DNA from: Thermodesulfobacteriota bacterium
Lineage (GTDB): Bacteria > Desulfobacterota_D > UBA1144 > Nemesobacterales > Nemesobacteraceae
DNA length: 64,000 bases
Direction: 5' to 3'
Assembly: GCA_965204795.1 (NCBI GenBank)
Contig: OZ242012.1
Coordinates: forward strand, 206,650-270,649
Program-made: the position numbers and the translations under genes
The notes under the pieces: generated by a model
Databases searched by the model: none
Told to the model about the DNA's origin: nothing
The model's input: only the letters and a program-made list of their open reading frames with translations
In this document: positions 54,558 to 63,800 of the stretch, one piece after another
Position numbering within the stretch: the first letter of the stretch is position 1
Layout of the letters: each line of letters opens with the position of its first letter

Positions 54558-55175
54558 CTATCTGGCCATCTCGAGCCTGGATATGAGTTCCTTTATCTCC
54601 CTCGACTTTATCTTCATGCTCACCTTGTTGACGATGAGCTTCGCGCTCACGTCGGTTATCTCCTCCACTATTTCGAGATCGTTCTTGCGGAGAGTCTCGC
54701 CGCTCGCCGTGAGATCGACTATGGCGTCGGCAAGACCTATGAGGGGAGCCAGTTCGACCGACCCGTAGAGCTTTATGACCTCGGCGCTTATTCCCTTGCG
54801 GTTGTAGAAGTCTCCCGCGATTTTCGGATACTTGCTCGCGATGCGGACCGACGAGCGCTCTCGCTTTCCGAAGTTCTTCGGGGCCGCCACCACCATCTTG
54901 CACTTGCCTATGCGCAGGTCGAGCGGTTCGTAGAGCCGGCAGTCCTGCTCCATGAGCGTGTCGCGCCCCACTATTCCGCAGTCCGCCGCCCCGTACTCGA
55001 CGTAGGCGGGAACGTCGGTGGGCCTCACCACGAGAAGCTTGAGACCCGACTTGGCGAACTCGAATATGAGCTTTCTCGAATCCCCCACCACTTCGGTTAT
55101 GTCTATGTCCGCCCGCTCGAAAAGCTCGACCGTCTCCTCGAGCAGTCTCCCCCTAGCCGCCGCTATGGTTATCAC
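54558..55175 (-). CDS. hisG: ATP phosphoribosyltransferase, short form
   Basis: GTG start overlaps the murA stop (GTGA). VITIAAARGRLLEET...LLVVRPTDVPAYVEYGAADCGIVGRDTL... About 205 aa, which is the HisZ-dependent short form. Confidence 0.85.
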   Translation of the reverse strand: MITIAAARGRLLEETVELFERADIDITEVVGDSRKLIFEFAKSGLKLLVVRPTDVPAYVEYGAADCGIVGRDTLMEQDCRLYEPLDLRIGKCKMVVAAPKNFGKRERSSVRIASKYPKIAGDFYNRKGISAEVIKLYGSVELAPLIGLADAIVDLTASGETLRKNDLEIVEEITDVSAKLIVNKVSMKIKSREIKELISRLEMAR

Positions 55176-56428
55176 TCCTTCTCCCTCCAGATGTCCGCCC
55201 CGAGCGAGGCGAGCTTCTCGTCCAGCCTCTCGTAGCCCCGGTCGAGGTGGTATATCCGCGACACCTCCGTCCTTCCCGACCCGAGAAGTCCCGCCAGAAC
55301 GAGCGAAGCGCTCGCCCGAAGGTCGCTCGCCATGATCGGGGCGCCCCGAAGCTCCGCCACGCCTCTCACCACCGCGCTGTTTCCGACGAGCCTTATGTCC
55401 GCTCCCATCCTGCGCAGTTCCGCCGTGTGCATGAACCTCTGGGGAAATATGTTCTCCGTTATCACGCTCATCCCGTCGGCCACGCACATGGGGATCATCA
55501 TCTGCGCCTGCATGTCCGTGGGAAATCCCGGGTAGGGCAGAGTCGCGAAGTCCACGCTCCGCGTCTCCCCCGCCCCTCGCACCCTGACCGAGTCTTCCGT
55601 CTTTTCTATCTCCGCTCCCGTCTGGAGAAGCTTTCCGGCGAGCGCCCCCAGGTGCTCGAACCTGCAGTTCGCGATCGTCACGTCGCTTTCGTTGAGAGCC
55701 GCCGCTATCATCAGGGTCCCGGCCTCTATCCTGTCGGGCATGATCCCGTAGCCGCGAAGCGGGCGAAGGGAGGAAACCCCCCTGACGGTCACTATGTCGG
55801 TTCCCGCTCCCCGGACGTCGGCCCCCATGGCGTTTAGGGCTTCGGCGAGGTCCGCGACCTCGGGCTCGCAGGCGGCGTTCAGCAGCACGGTCTCTCCCTC
55901 GCAGAGACACGCCGAGAGCATCAGGTTCTCCGTGCCCGTCACGGTGGAGAGGTCGAAGGGAACCGTGGCGCCCCTCATCTTCCGGGCCAAGACCCGGACG
56001 TAGCCCTCGTCGATTTCGACCTCCGCCCCCAGAATCCGAAGACCCTTTATGTGCTGGTCTATCGGCCGCTCCCCTATGGCGCATCCGCCGGGGAGGGAAA
56101 CCTCCGCCCTGCCGAACCGGGCCGCCAGGGGACCCAGAACCAGAACCGACGCCCTCATGGTCTTCACCAGGTCGTAGGGAGCCTTCCAGCCGCCGGCGTT
56201 TCGGGAGTCGATCGAAAGGTCGCCGTTTTCGTACCCGGTCTTCGCCCCCAGGGTTTCGAGGAGCTTCATCATCGTGCGCACGTCGGCGAGGTCCGGGACG
56301 TTTCGAAGCGTGCTCTCCCCCTCGCAGAGAAGACACGCGGCCATTACGGGAAGCACGGCGTTTTTCGCTCCGCCGACCGGCACTTCCCCCGAAAGCCTCT
56401 TCTTTCCTTCTATGACTATCTTTTCCAT
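55172..56428 (-). CDS. murA: UDP-N-acetylglucosamine 1-carboxyvinyltransferase
   Basis: 418 aa. The active-site Cys loop is LPGGCAIGERPID. Confidence 0.92.
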   Translation of the reverse strand: MEKIVIEGKKRLSGEVPVGGAKNAVLPVMAACLLCEGESTLRNVPDLADVRTMMKLLETLGAKTGYENGDLSIDSRNAGGWKAPYDLVKTMRASVLVLGPLAARFGRAEVSLPGGCAIGERPIDQHIKGLRILGAEVEIDEGYVRVLARKMRGATVPFDLSTVTGTENLMLSACLCEGETVLLNAACEPEVADLAEALNAMGADVRGAGTDIVTVRGVSSLRPLRGYGIMPDRIEAGTLMIAAALNESDVTIANCRFEHLGALAGKLLQTGAEIEKTEDSVRVRGAGETRSVDFATLPYPGFPTDMQAQMMIPMCVADGMSVITENIFPQRFMHTAELRRMGADIRLVGNSAVVRGVAELRGAPIMASDLRASASLVLAGLLGSGRTEVSRIYHLDRGYERLDEKLASLGADIWREKE

Positions 56429-57258
56429 GTCGCCTTCACCACCCTTCGCGCCCCGCCGGGGTCGGAGAAAAACTCCACTCCCCCGAAGCCGCGCGCCCTG
56501 AAAATCTCCCCGACCTCCCGCGCCCGCCCGTCCGCCGTTTCGACCAGCGCGAGCCCGCCTTCGCGAAGCACGCGCCCGGCCTGCGCGGCGATTCTCCTGG
56601 TCGGCCCGAGCCCGTCGGGGCCCCCCACAAGCGCGAGCGCGGGCTCGTGCTCCCTTATCCCGGGGGGAAGCTCCGCGTACTCCGCTTCGGACACGTAGGG
56701 AGGATTGGAAATTATCACGTCAAACGAAGATTTTGCAAAGGCGCCCAGCATGTCCGCCCTGACGAAGCGCGCCCGCGCGCCGTGTTCGAGGGCGTTTCGG
56801 CGGGCCACGGCCAGCGCCGGGGCCGACGCGTCGGAGGCGAACATCAGGCAGCCCGGCGCCTCGAGGGAGACCGTGACGGCCAGGCATCCGCTTCCTGTCC
56901 CGAGGTCGAGGACGCGCGGTTCCCGCATCCGCCCGGCCGCCTCGACGCAGGCCTCGGCCAGCGTTTCGGTTTCCGGTCTCGGTATCAGGACGTCGGGACT
57001 CACCGCGAAGGTTCTCGAGCAGAACTCCCTTCGGCCCGTCACGTACGAAAGCGGCTCCCCGCCGAGCCTGCGCAGCAGGAGCTTTTCGAACCCCTCGCGC
57101 GCCGCGGCCCCGACGGGCCTTCGCGGGCGGGAGTAGATCTCGAGGACGTCCGCGCCCAGGCTTTTCGAAAGCAGCGCCCGGGCCTCGGTTCCCGGGCTTT
57201 CGAAGCCGCCTTTCTCGAAGCTTCTTTTTCCCTTAAGGTAGAGTTCTCTAAGTTCCAT
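56416..57258 (-). CDS. prmC: release factor glutamine methyltransferase PrmC (HemK)
   Basis: VLDLGTGSGCLAVT and NPPY (DVIISNPPYV) are present. Start taken at MELREL (57258); the track ORF is extended. Confidence 0.85.
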   Translation of the reverse strand: MELRELYLKGKRSFEKGGFESPGTEARALLSKSLGADVLEIYSRPRRPVGAAAREGFEKLLLRRLGGEPLSYVTGRREFCSRTFAVSPDVLIPRPETETLAEACVEAAGRMREPRVLDLGTGSGCLAVTVSLEAPGCLMFASDASAPALAVARRNALEHGARARFVRADMLGAFAKSSFDVIISNPPYVSEAEYAELPPGIREHEPALALVGGPDGLGPTRRIAAQAGRVLREGGLALVETADGRAREVGEIFRARGFGGVEFFSDPGGARRVVKATWKR

Positions 57259-57656
57259 CTGGCTGGGAACGATGATTGTATACGCGCCGCGGGGGTTTTC
57301 AAGCTGCGCACGCCCCGGGCCGAAGACGGCCGACGCTCCCGGAGACTCGGCAGCTTCGCGGAGGCCGGCCGGCGTTTCCCGCCGCTCCCGCGCGCCGCGA
57401 ACGTCCCGGTTCGGCTCGGGAAACGCGGAAAATCGAAAATTCGAGAAAATTCCCCGCGCCGTCCCGCGCCCGACATGGTATGCTTGGAGCTGTGCGGACG
57501 AAGCATCGGCGCGCCTCGGAGGGGATGTCCCGGCCGCCGGCCCCGGTGGATGCAAGACGGACGGATATGGCGGCCGCGCCGACCGCGTTCGGCATTGACG
57601 TTTCCTAGCGCTCGGGGTCTCGGGCGGTTCTTAACGAGAGGGGAACGGAAGAAGCG

Positions 57657-57752
57657 ATGGCAGTTCGTCGTCCGCATCCCGGGTCCGAAACGCGAAGGGG
57701 AACGGTACGGGAAATCGTCAGGTTTCTGAAACACTTGGGGGTAGAGCCGTGA
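57657..57752 (+). pseudogene. hicA: hicA-like toxin remnant (31 codons; N-terminal fragment only)
   Basis: MAVRRPHPGSETRRGTVREIVRFLKHLGVEP* has REIVRFLKHLGV, which resembles the HicA N-terminal helix (E. coli SEFRRWLESQGV). It is truncated by a TGA that overlaps the hicB GTG start. Full HicA is about 60 aa. Confidence 0.4.
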
Positions 57753-58081
57753 TTGAATACAAGGGATACGTCGGCATGGTCGAATTTGACGATTACGCGG
57801 GGTGTTTTCATGGAAGAGTGGTGAACGGCGGTCCCTATTCGGTCGTCACTTTTGAAGCGACCGACGCGGAAGGAGTTCAGCGTGAATTCCGCCGGTCGAT
57901 CGACGAGTATCTTGCCTGGTGCGAAGAAGAGGGCGTTGAGCCCGGGAAGCCTCGTTCGGGCAAGCTCGACATCCGGCTCGATTCGGACCTGCATCGCAGA
58001 GTTCTGCTCTCGGCGGAAAAAAGCGGCATGAGCCTAAACGGCTGGATTGCGCAGGCCCTGGAGAAAAGCGTCTCCTGCTGA
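57749..58081 (+). CDS. hicB: HicB-family antitoxin (HicB N-domain plus C-terminal RHH/CopG-like tail)
   Basis: IEYKGYVGMVEFDDYAGCFHGRVVNGGPYSVVTFEATDAEGVQREFRRSIDEYLAWCEEEG..PGKPRSGK...RVLLSAEKSGMSLNGWIAQALEKS has a HicB-typical N-terminal domain and a C-terminal DNA-binding tail. Confidence 0.8.
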   Translation: MIEYKGYVGMVEFDDYAGCFHGRVVNGGPYSVVTFEATDAEGVQREFRRSIDEYLAWCEEEGVEPGKPRSGKLDIRLDSDLHRRVLLSAEKSGMSLNGWIAQALEKSVSC

Positions 58082-58316
58082 CTCCGCCCGCTCCGCCGGT
58101 TTCCGTTTCGCAGACGCGTTCCGCTCCCGCGGAAGCCGGTACCGGCCGTGGAGGGAACCGTTTGGTTTTACTGAGAATTGGACCTTGTTGCCCGCGGGGT
58201 CTCACGTTGACTGGTCCACTTCCGGTCCTTTTGCAAGTACCCGCCGAGTCCGTCGGACTTAATGAAAAACTGAGCAACGAGACATCACTGCGCCGGACCG
58301 TCAATTCCGGCGGTTT

Positions 58317-58487
58317 TCATGCGGACCGTTCGGGTATCTCCACGGACAAACAGCCTTCAACCGCTTCGTATATGTTGTCGAGCAGTTCTTCAAGGGATTC
58401 GCCTTGAGTCGCGCATCCGGAAATGGCTGGAACTTCCGCCCAGTAACCTCCTTCCTCCGCTTCGTGAATTACGACCGCGAGTTTCAT
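58317..58487 (-). CDS. UPF0150 / HicB-like N-domain small protein (56 aa), orphan
   Basis: MKLAVVIHEAEEGGYWAEVPAISGCATQGESLEELLDNIYEAV matches UPF0150 (..ED.GGYwvevPdLPGC.tqGdT.EEA..N..EA). GGGGGAGG RBS is upstream of the ATG at 58487. Its stop overlaps an ATG that opens only an 11-codon ORF. Confidence 0.7.
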   Translation of the reverse strand: MKLAVVIHEAEEGGYWAEVPAISGCATQGESLEELLDNIYEAVEGCLSVEIPERSA

Positions 58488-58780
58488 TGCCGAGACCTCC
58501 CCCGCCTGAAAAATCATGCGTACGAATCCGCCGGATTTTACGGATCAATCAAGCCGAGACAAGATTATCACAGGAATCGCGGAAGAGAAAAGCGTGTCCA
58601 GCCGATTGTGCCCGCTCCCGCGGGTTCCGCCCCCGCGGAGGCCGGACCCTCGCCGCGGAGAGACGCTTCGGTCCGCGATGCCGTCCTCGCGCGGCGGTCC
58701 CGCCGCCCCGCCCGCGAGGCTTCTTGATACATGGCGGATGCGGCGGTACATTAAGGCGGCGGTCGGGAGATACGGATCCG

Positions 58781-59473
58781 GTGAAACTCGAAGAGAACAT
58801 AGAGCGGGTTTTCGGGAGAATCGCGGATGCGTGCCGAAAGGCCGGCAGAAGCAGGGAGGAAGTGACCCTGGTCGCCGTGTCCAAGAAGTTTCCCGCCGGG
58901 GCGGTGGCCCGCGCCCGCGCTTCGGGACTTCTGGACTTCGGGGAGAACTACGCCCAGGAGCTTCGGGACAAGAGCCGGGAGCTTGAAAACGGCGCGGGAG
59001 AGCCCGTCAGGTGGCATTTCGTCGGCCGTCTCCAGAGAAACAAGGTAAGGTACGTGGTACCCCGGGCCGCGCTGGTGCACTCGGTGGACGGCATCCCTCT
59101 CGCGGCGGAGATCGACAGGCGGGCCGCGGCGGCGGGGACGCGCGCGAGGGCGCTTGTGGAGATAAACTGCGGGGAGGAGACCAAGGGGGGAATACGCGGG
59201 GAGGAACTCGGGAAGTTTCTCGAAGACGCCTCGGAGTTCGAAAACGTCTCCTTCGAGGGACTCATGGCGATGCCTCCCCCGGGCGGCGGCCCGCGGTGGT
59301 TTTCCCGCGTGAGGGAGCTTCGCGACGGGCTTTCGGGAGACTTTCCCCGCCTTCGGGAGCTTTCCATGGGAATGAGCGCGGACTTCGAGGAGGCGATAGG
59401 GGAGGGGGCGACCATAGTGAGGGTGGGCTCGGCCGTGTTCGGTCCGAGGCCCGGGACGAGAGGAGCGAAATGA
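58781..59473 (+). CDS. yggS: YggS-family pyridoxal-phosphate homeostasis protein
   Basis: GTG start at 58781 with GGGAGA 10 nt upstream. The PLP-lysine lies in ...LVAVSKKFP...; further motifs are HFVGRLQRNK and RVGSAVFG. Confidence 0.85.
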   Translation: MKLEENIERVFGRIADACRKAGRSREEVTLVAVSKKFPAGAVARARASGLLDFGENYAQELRDKSRELENGAGEPVRWHFVGRLQRNKVRYVVPRAALVHSVDGIPLAAEIDRRAAAAGTRARALVEINCGEETKGGIRGEELGKFLEDASEFENVSFEGLMAMPPPGGGPRWFSRVRELRDGLSGDFPRLRELSMGMSADFEEAIGEGATIVRVGSAVFGPRPGTRGAK

Positions 59474-60285
59474 GAAAGACGTGTTTCATAGGAGCGGGAA
59501 ACATGGCGGAGGCCCTCGTGAGGGGTCTTCTGGCCTCGGGGCGCTTCGGGAAAAAGGACATGGCGGTCTGCGACGTGAATCCCGGGAGGCTTTCGCTGTT
59601 TTCTTCCGAGTACGGAATCGCGGGCGACGGGGACGCGAGAAGCGTCGTCGCCGCCTCCGACGTCGTGGTCTTCTGCGTCAAGCCCGGGGTCGTTCCGGCG
59701 GTCTGCCGGCGGATACGGCCCGCCGCGGGAAAGAAGAAGCTCTACGTCTCCATAGCCGCCGGTGTGAGGATGTCTTCCGTTCTTCGGCTTCTGGGAGAGG
59801 GAACGAAGCTCGCGCGGGTCATGCCCAACGCCCCCGCCCTTTCGCTTTCGGGAGCGTCGTGCGTGTGCTTCGGCGAGGGGCTTTCCGCCGGGGAGGAGGA
59901 TTTCGTGCTCGGCATGTTCGGGTGCCTTGGAAAGGCGTTTCGGGTGGAGAGCGAGGAACTGATGGACGCCGTCACGGGTCTCGGCGGAAGCGGTCCCGCG
60001 TTCGTCGCGACGTTCGTCGAGGCCCTTTGCGACGGAGGGGTGAAGGCGGGGCTCGGGCGGGAGCTATCGCTCGCCCTTGCCCTGCAGACGGTTCTCGGAA
60101 CCTCGAGGATGATTCTCGAAAGCGGAGCGCACCCGGCCGAGATAAGGGACATGGTCGCCTCTCCGGGGGGGACCACCATGAGCGGAATGCATTCGCTCGA
60201 GCGGGGAGGATTCCGCGCCGCGGTGATGTCCGCCGTGGAGTCGGCGGCGCTTCGCTCCGCGGAACTTTCCGCGGGGGAGGACTGA
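59470..60285 (+). CDS. proC: pyrroline-5-carboxylate reductase
   Basis: ATG overlaps the yggS stop. Rossmann motif CFIGAGNMAEAL. C-terminal dimerisation-domain motifs are present. Confidence 0.88.
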   Translation: MRKTCFIGAGNMAEALVRGLLASGRFGKKDMAVCDVNPGRLSLFSSEYGIAGDGDARSVVAASDVVVFCVKPGVVPAVCRRIRPAAGKKKLYVSIAAGVRMSSVLRLLGEGTKLARVMPNAPALSLSGASCVCFGEGLSAGEEDFVLGMFGCLGKAFRVESEELMDAVTGLGGSGPAFVATFVEALCDGGVKAGLGRELSLALALQTVLGTSRMILESGAHPAEIRDMVASPGGTTMSGMHSLERGGFRAAVMSAVESAALRSAELSAGED

Positions 60286-60287
60286 CG

Positions 60288-60587
60288 ATGGACGTACTTG
60301 GAGGAAACTTCATCAGGGCCGCGGCCGAAGCGTTGAACATTCTGCTGTCGGTCTACATATGGCTGATAGTGGGAAGGGCGGTGATCTCGTGGGTGAGTCC
60401 CGATCCCTACAATCCGATCGTTAGGTTTCTCTACTCGGCCACCGAACCCGTGCTGGGCTTCGCGAGAAAGCGCCTGCCGCCCCTGGGCGGAACGCTCGAC
60501 CTGAGCCCCGTGGTGGTCCTGGTCCTGATAATCTTCGTGAAGCGCGCGGTCGTGACCTCGCTCGTTCAGCTGGCCTCGGGACTCTGA
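60288..60587 (+). CDS. yggT: YggT-family membrane protein
   Basis: 99 aa with two TM helices (LNILLSVYIWLIVGRAVISWV and SPVVVLVLIIFVKRAVV). The yggS-proC-yggT order is conserved. Confidence 0.8.
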   Translation: MDVLGGNFIRAAAEALNILLSVYIWLIVGRAVISWVSPDPYNPIVRFLYSATEPVLGFARKRLPPLGGTLDLSPVVVLVLIIFVKRAVVTSLVQLASGL

Positions 60588-60861
60588 ACCGCGTTCCTCG
60601 CTTCCGCCGCCGCCCGGAAGATTGACGCGCGGATATTCTTCAATCATGCCGGAGAACCGGAGCCGGCCGCGGCGCGTTCTGGTTCCCCGGGCGCGGGCCG
60701 TCGCGTCCGCGGGACGCGGAAGCCGGTGTCGGCGTATATTTCCGGGGAGGGGGGAGTCTTGACGAGCCGGTCGGTCGGGGATAGTCTTTTCCCTGTACGG
60801 ACGAGAAGGAATTATCGAGGAGCCCCGGCCCGGATTCGACCGGAGCGCGGGCGCGAGAGAA

Positions 60862-63800
60862 ATGAACGACCTCGGACGCAAGGAAAACCCGCATGATACC
60901 CCCCCCCCCCTATTTCGTTCCGGTAGAGCGGGGCTTTCCCGCTTTTCCGCGCGGGCGTTCCTGCTGATACTGGTTCTGGCCGGAGCGCTTTTTCCCGCGC
61001 AGCGGATTTTCTCCCAGACGGCTCCGAACCCGTCGGTGTGGAAAGACGGGATTACCCAGGGGGCCGATTCTACGCTTATCGATACCGAGTTTCTTTTCGC
61101 CGTCCAGACGCCCCAGACCGTCGTTTTTCGCCGGACCAACGTTCGTGAAGCGTGGCAGTATATTGCGATCCACGCCTGCGGAGACACGAAGGTGAAGCCC
61201 CCGAACCCGGCGCAAAGCATCCCGAGCAACTTCAGCAACTGCTCGCTGCTGATCAGCGGCGTCCCCACCGGCAGCCTCGAGTATACGAGGTCCTTCACTC
61301 CGACCGCGGCCATGATCGCAAACGGCGGGGTCGTGTTCGCGTTCCGCGCGATAGGCCAGCAGAGACCGGCGTTTCTGGTGAAGTGGGTTCCGGTGGTCGG
61401 CGCGGCGATAACCTCGACGAATCCCGTCTCCCTGTCGGAGTCGAACATAGACGGCGCGACGGTTACGGTGAAGATCGGCACGAGTTACGCGGCGGCCGGG
61501 AGCCTGGACAAAAACGACTTCGAACTCGCCAGGGCTCCCGCGGGAGTGACCGTAAGCTCGGCCGAGAGAAAAAGCGCGACCGAGGCGGTGCTGACGCTCG
61601 CTTACGACGACGGGAGCGATTTCGACGCGGCGGCGAAGCTAAGCGTCAGGGTGAAGGCGTCGGGACATTCGGGCTCGGGCGATTTTACGTCGGGGGAGGT
61701 GGACGTGGCCGCGGTGGTGGAGACGAGGCCTGCCCGTCCGACGGGACTTACGGCGACGGCGGCGAACCTGAGCGCGGTTCTCGGGTGGACGGACCCTTCG
61801 GACGCGACGATAACGGGCTGGGAGTACCGTCGCAAGCTTGCGAGCGCTTCGAACTACGGTCCCTGGACGCCGATGACCGGAAGCGGGGCGGCGACCGCCT
61901 CTTACACGGTGGGCGGGCTCAGCAACGATCTCGCTTACGATTTCCAGGTAAGGGCGGTGAACTCGCGGGCGCCGACGGAAGCGTCGCCGGCCAGCGCGAA
62001 GGCTTCGGCGACGCCGGTTGCGGCCGCGGCACCGACTTCCACGGAGTGGAGATACGGCCAGAATATCCAGCATTTCTGTCATAATGCGGTGTTCTACAGC
62101 GTACCGACGACGTCGCTTCTGCCCTCCGCGACCCCGCAGACCGTCACGTTCCACCTTAGACAAGTAATCGTCCGCTTCACCTGGCCGAGCCTTGAGCTTT
62201 ACGCGTGTCCCTGGACGTCGGCCACTCCGGCGGGCGATACGTCCGTCCGCCCGACCGGCTGCCAGAAACTGAAGGACCTCTGGGCAACCAGCAACTCCAG
62301 GGACTGGTCGGTCAATTTCACTCCGACGCAGGCGATGATAAGCAACGGCGGGGCGGTGATGCTCTCGTACTGCTTCAACTCGGGATTCCATGCTGCCAGA
62401 CGGATTATGCACACCAAGTGGGTGCCCATGACCGACGGCGCGTCGATAACGGGCACCGGCCCGGCGACGCTGGGGGAGGGGAACCTAAACGCCGCGACGG
62501 TCACGGTGGACCTTACCGGCCTCACCTTCCTGGCGGGAGTGGCGGCGGGAGACTTCGAGCTTTCGGGAGTTCCCGCGGGGGTGACCGTTTCGGTGCAGTC
62601 GGCCACGCGCCTCGCGGCCACCGACCAGGCCAGGCTCACGCTGTCTTACGGAGGGGAGGACTACGACTCGGATTTTTCGCTGGAGATAAAGGCCAAGGCG
62701 AGCGGACACACGGGCTCGGCCGACCTCCTAGCGGGGACGGTCCTGGTGGCCGCGACGGAGGAGACGGCCGCGATAACGGCCCAGAGCGCGGACCCCCTGA
62801 CGGAGGCGAACGTGGGCGGCGCCACGGTTACGGTTACGCTTTCGGGGGAGACCTACGTCACGTCGGGTTTCGGCAAGGAAGATTTCGAGCTCGCGAGCGC
62901 GCCTTCGGGCGTGACGATAAGCACGGCCGCGAGGAGTTCGGCGACGGCGGCTGTGCTCACGCTCGCTTACGACAGCACGGATTTCGATTCGGACGCGAAA
63001 CTGGGCGTGCGGGTTCTCGCGGCCGGCCACTCGGGGCCGGAGAACCTCGAGACCGGGGAGATAGACGTGGAGGCGGTAGTGGAGGCTCTGTCGGCTCCGA
63101 CGGGTTTTTCCGCGCTCGCGGGAGACGGCCGGGCGGGGCTCAGCTGGACCGACCCGAACAACGCGGCGATAGAGGGCTACGAGTACCAGAGGAGGAATTC
63201 GGGCGACGGCTGGCCGGGAACGTGGACGGCGATTCCGGGGAGCGGGGCCGGGACGACTTCGTACACGGTGACGGGTCTTTCGAACAACCAGGCGTACGAT
63301 TTTAGGATAAGGTCGACCAGCTCGAAGGCGACGGCGTCCGCGGCGAGCGCCGCGGCGTCGGCCACGCCTTCGGCCATGTCGGCGGCGATAACTTCGCAGA
63401 GCGTTGACCCCCTCACGGAGACGAACGTGGGCGGCGCCACGGTTACCGTGACGCTCACGGGCACGACGTACGCGGCGGCGGGGAGTTTCGACAAGGACGA
63501 TTTCGCTCTCGCTAGCGCGCCGCCCGGGGTGACGATAGGCACGGCGGCCAGAAGTTCGGCGACGGCGGCGGTGCTGACGCTCGCTTACGACGGCACGGAT
63601 TTCGACGCGACCGAGCAGATCGGGGTGCGGGTCAAGGCGTCGGGGCACTCGGGCGCGGGGGATCTCGAGACCGGGGAGATAGACGTGAACGCGGTCGTGG
63701 AGGAGGCTCCCGGGAAGCCTTCGGGCCTGAGGGCGGAGCCCAGGGACAGTCACGTGGTGCTGAAGTGGAACGACCCGGGGGATTCGACGATAACGGGCTA

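Noticed and set aside
60893-60970. Short ORF from ATG 60893 (MIPPPPYFVPVERGFPAFPRGRSC*) reading through the C12 tract
   Set aside because: This is not a gene in the current frame. It is relevant only as the alternative start that a +1 C slippage would bring into frame with the large surface-protein ORF.
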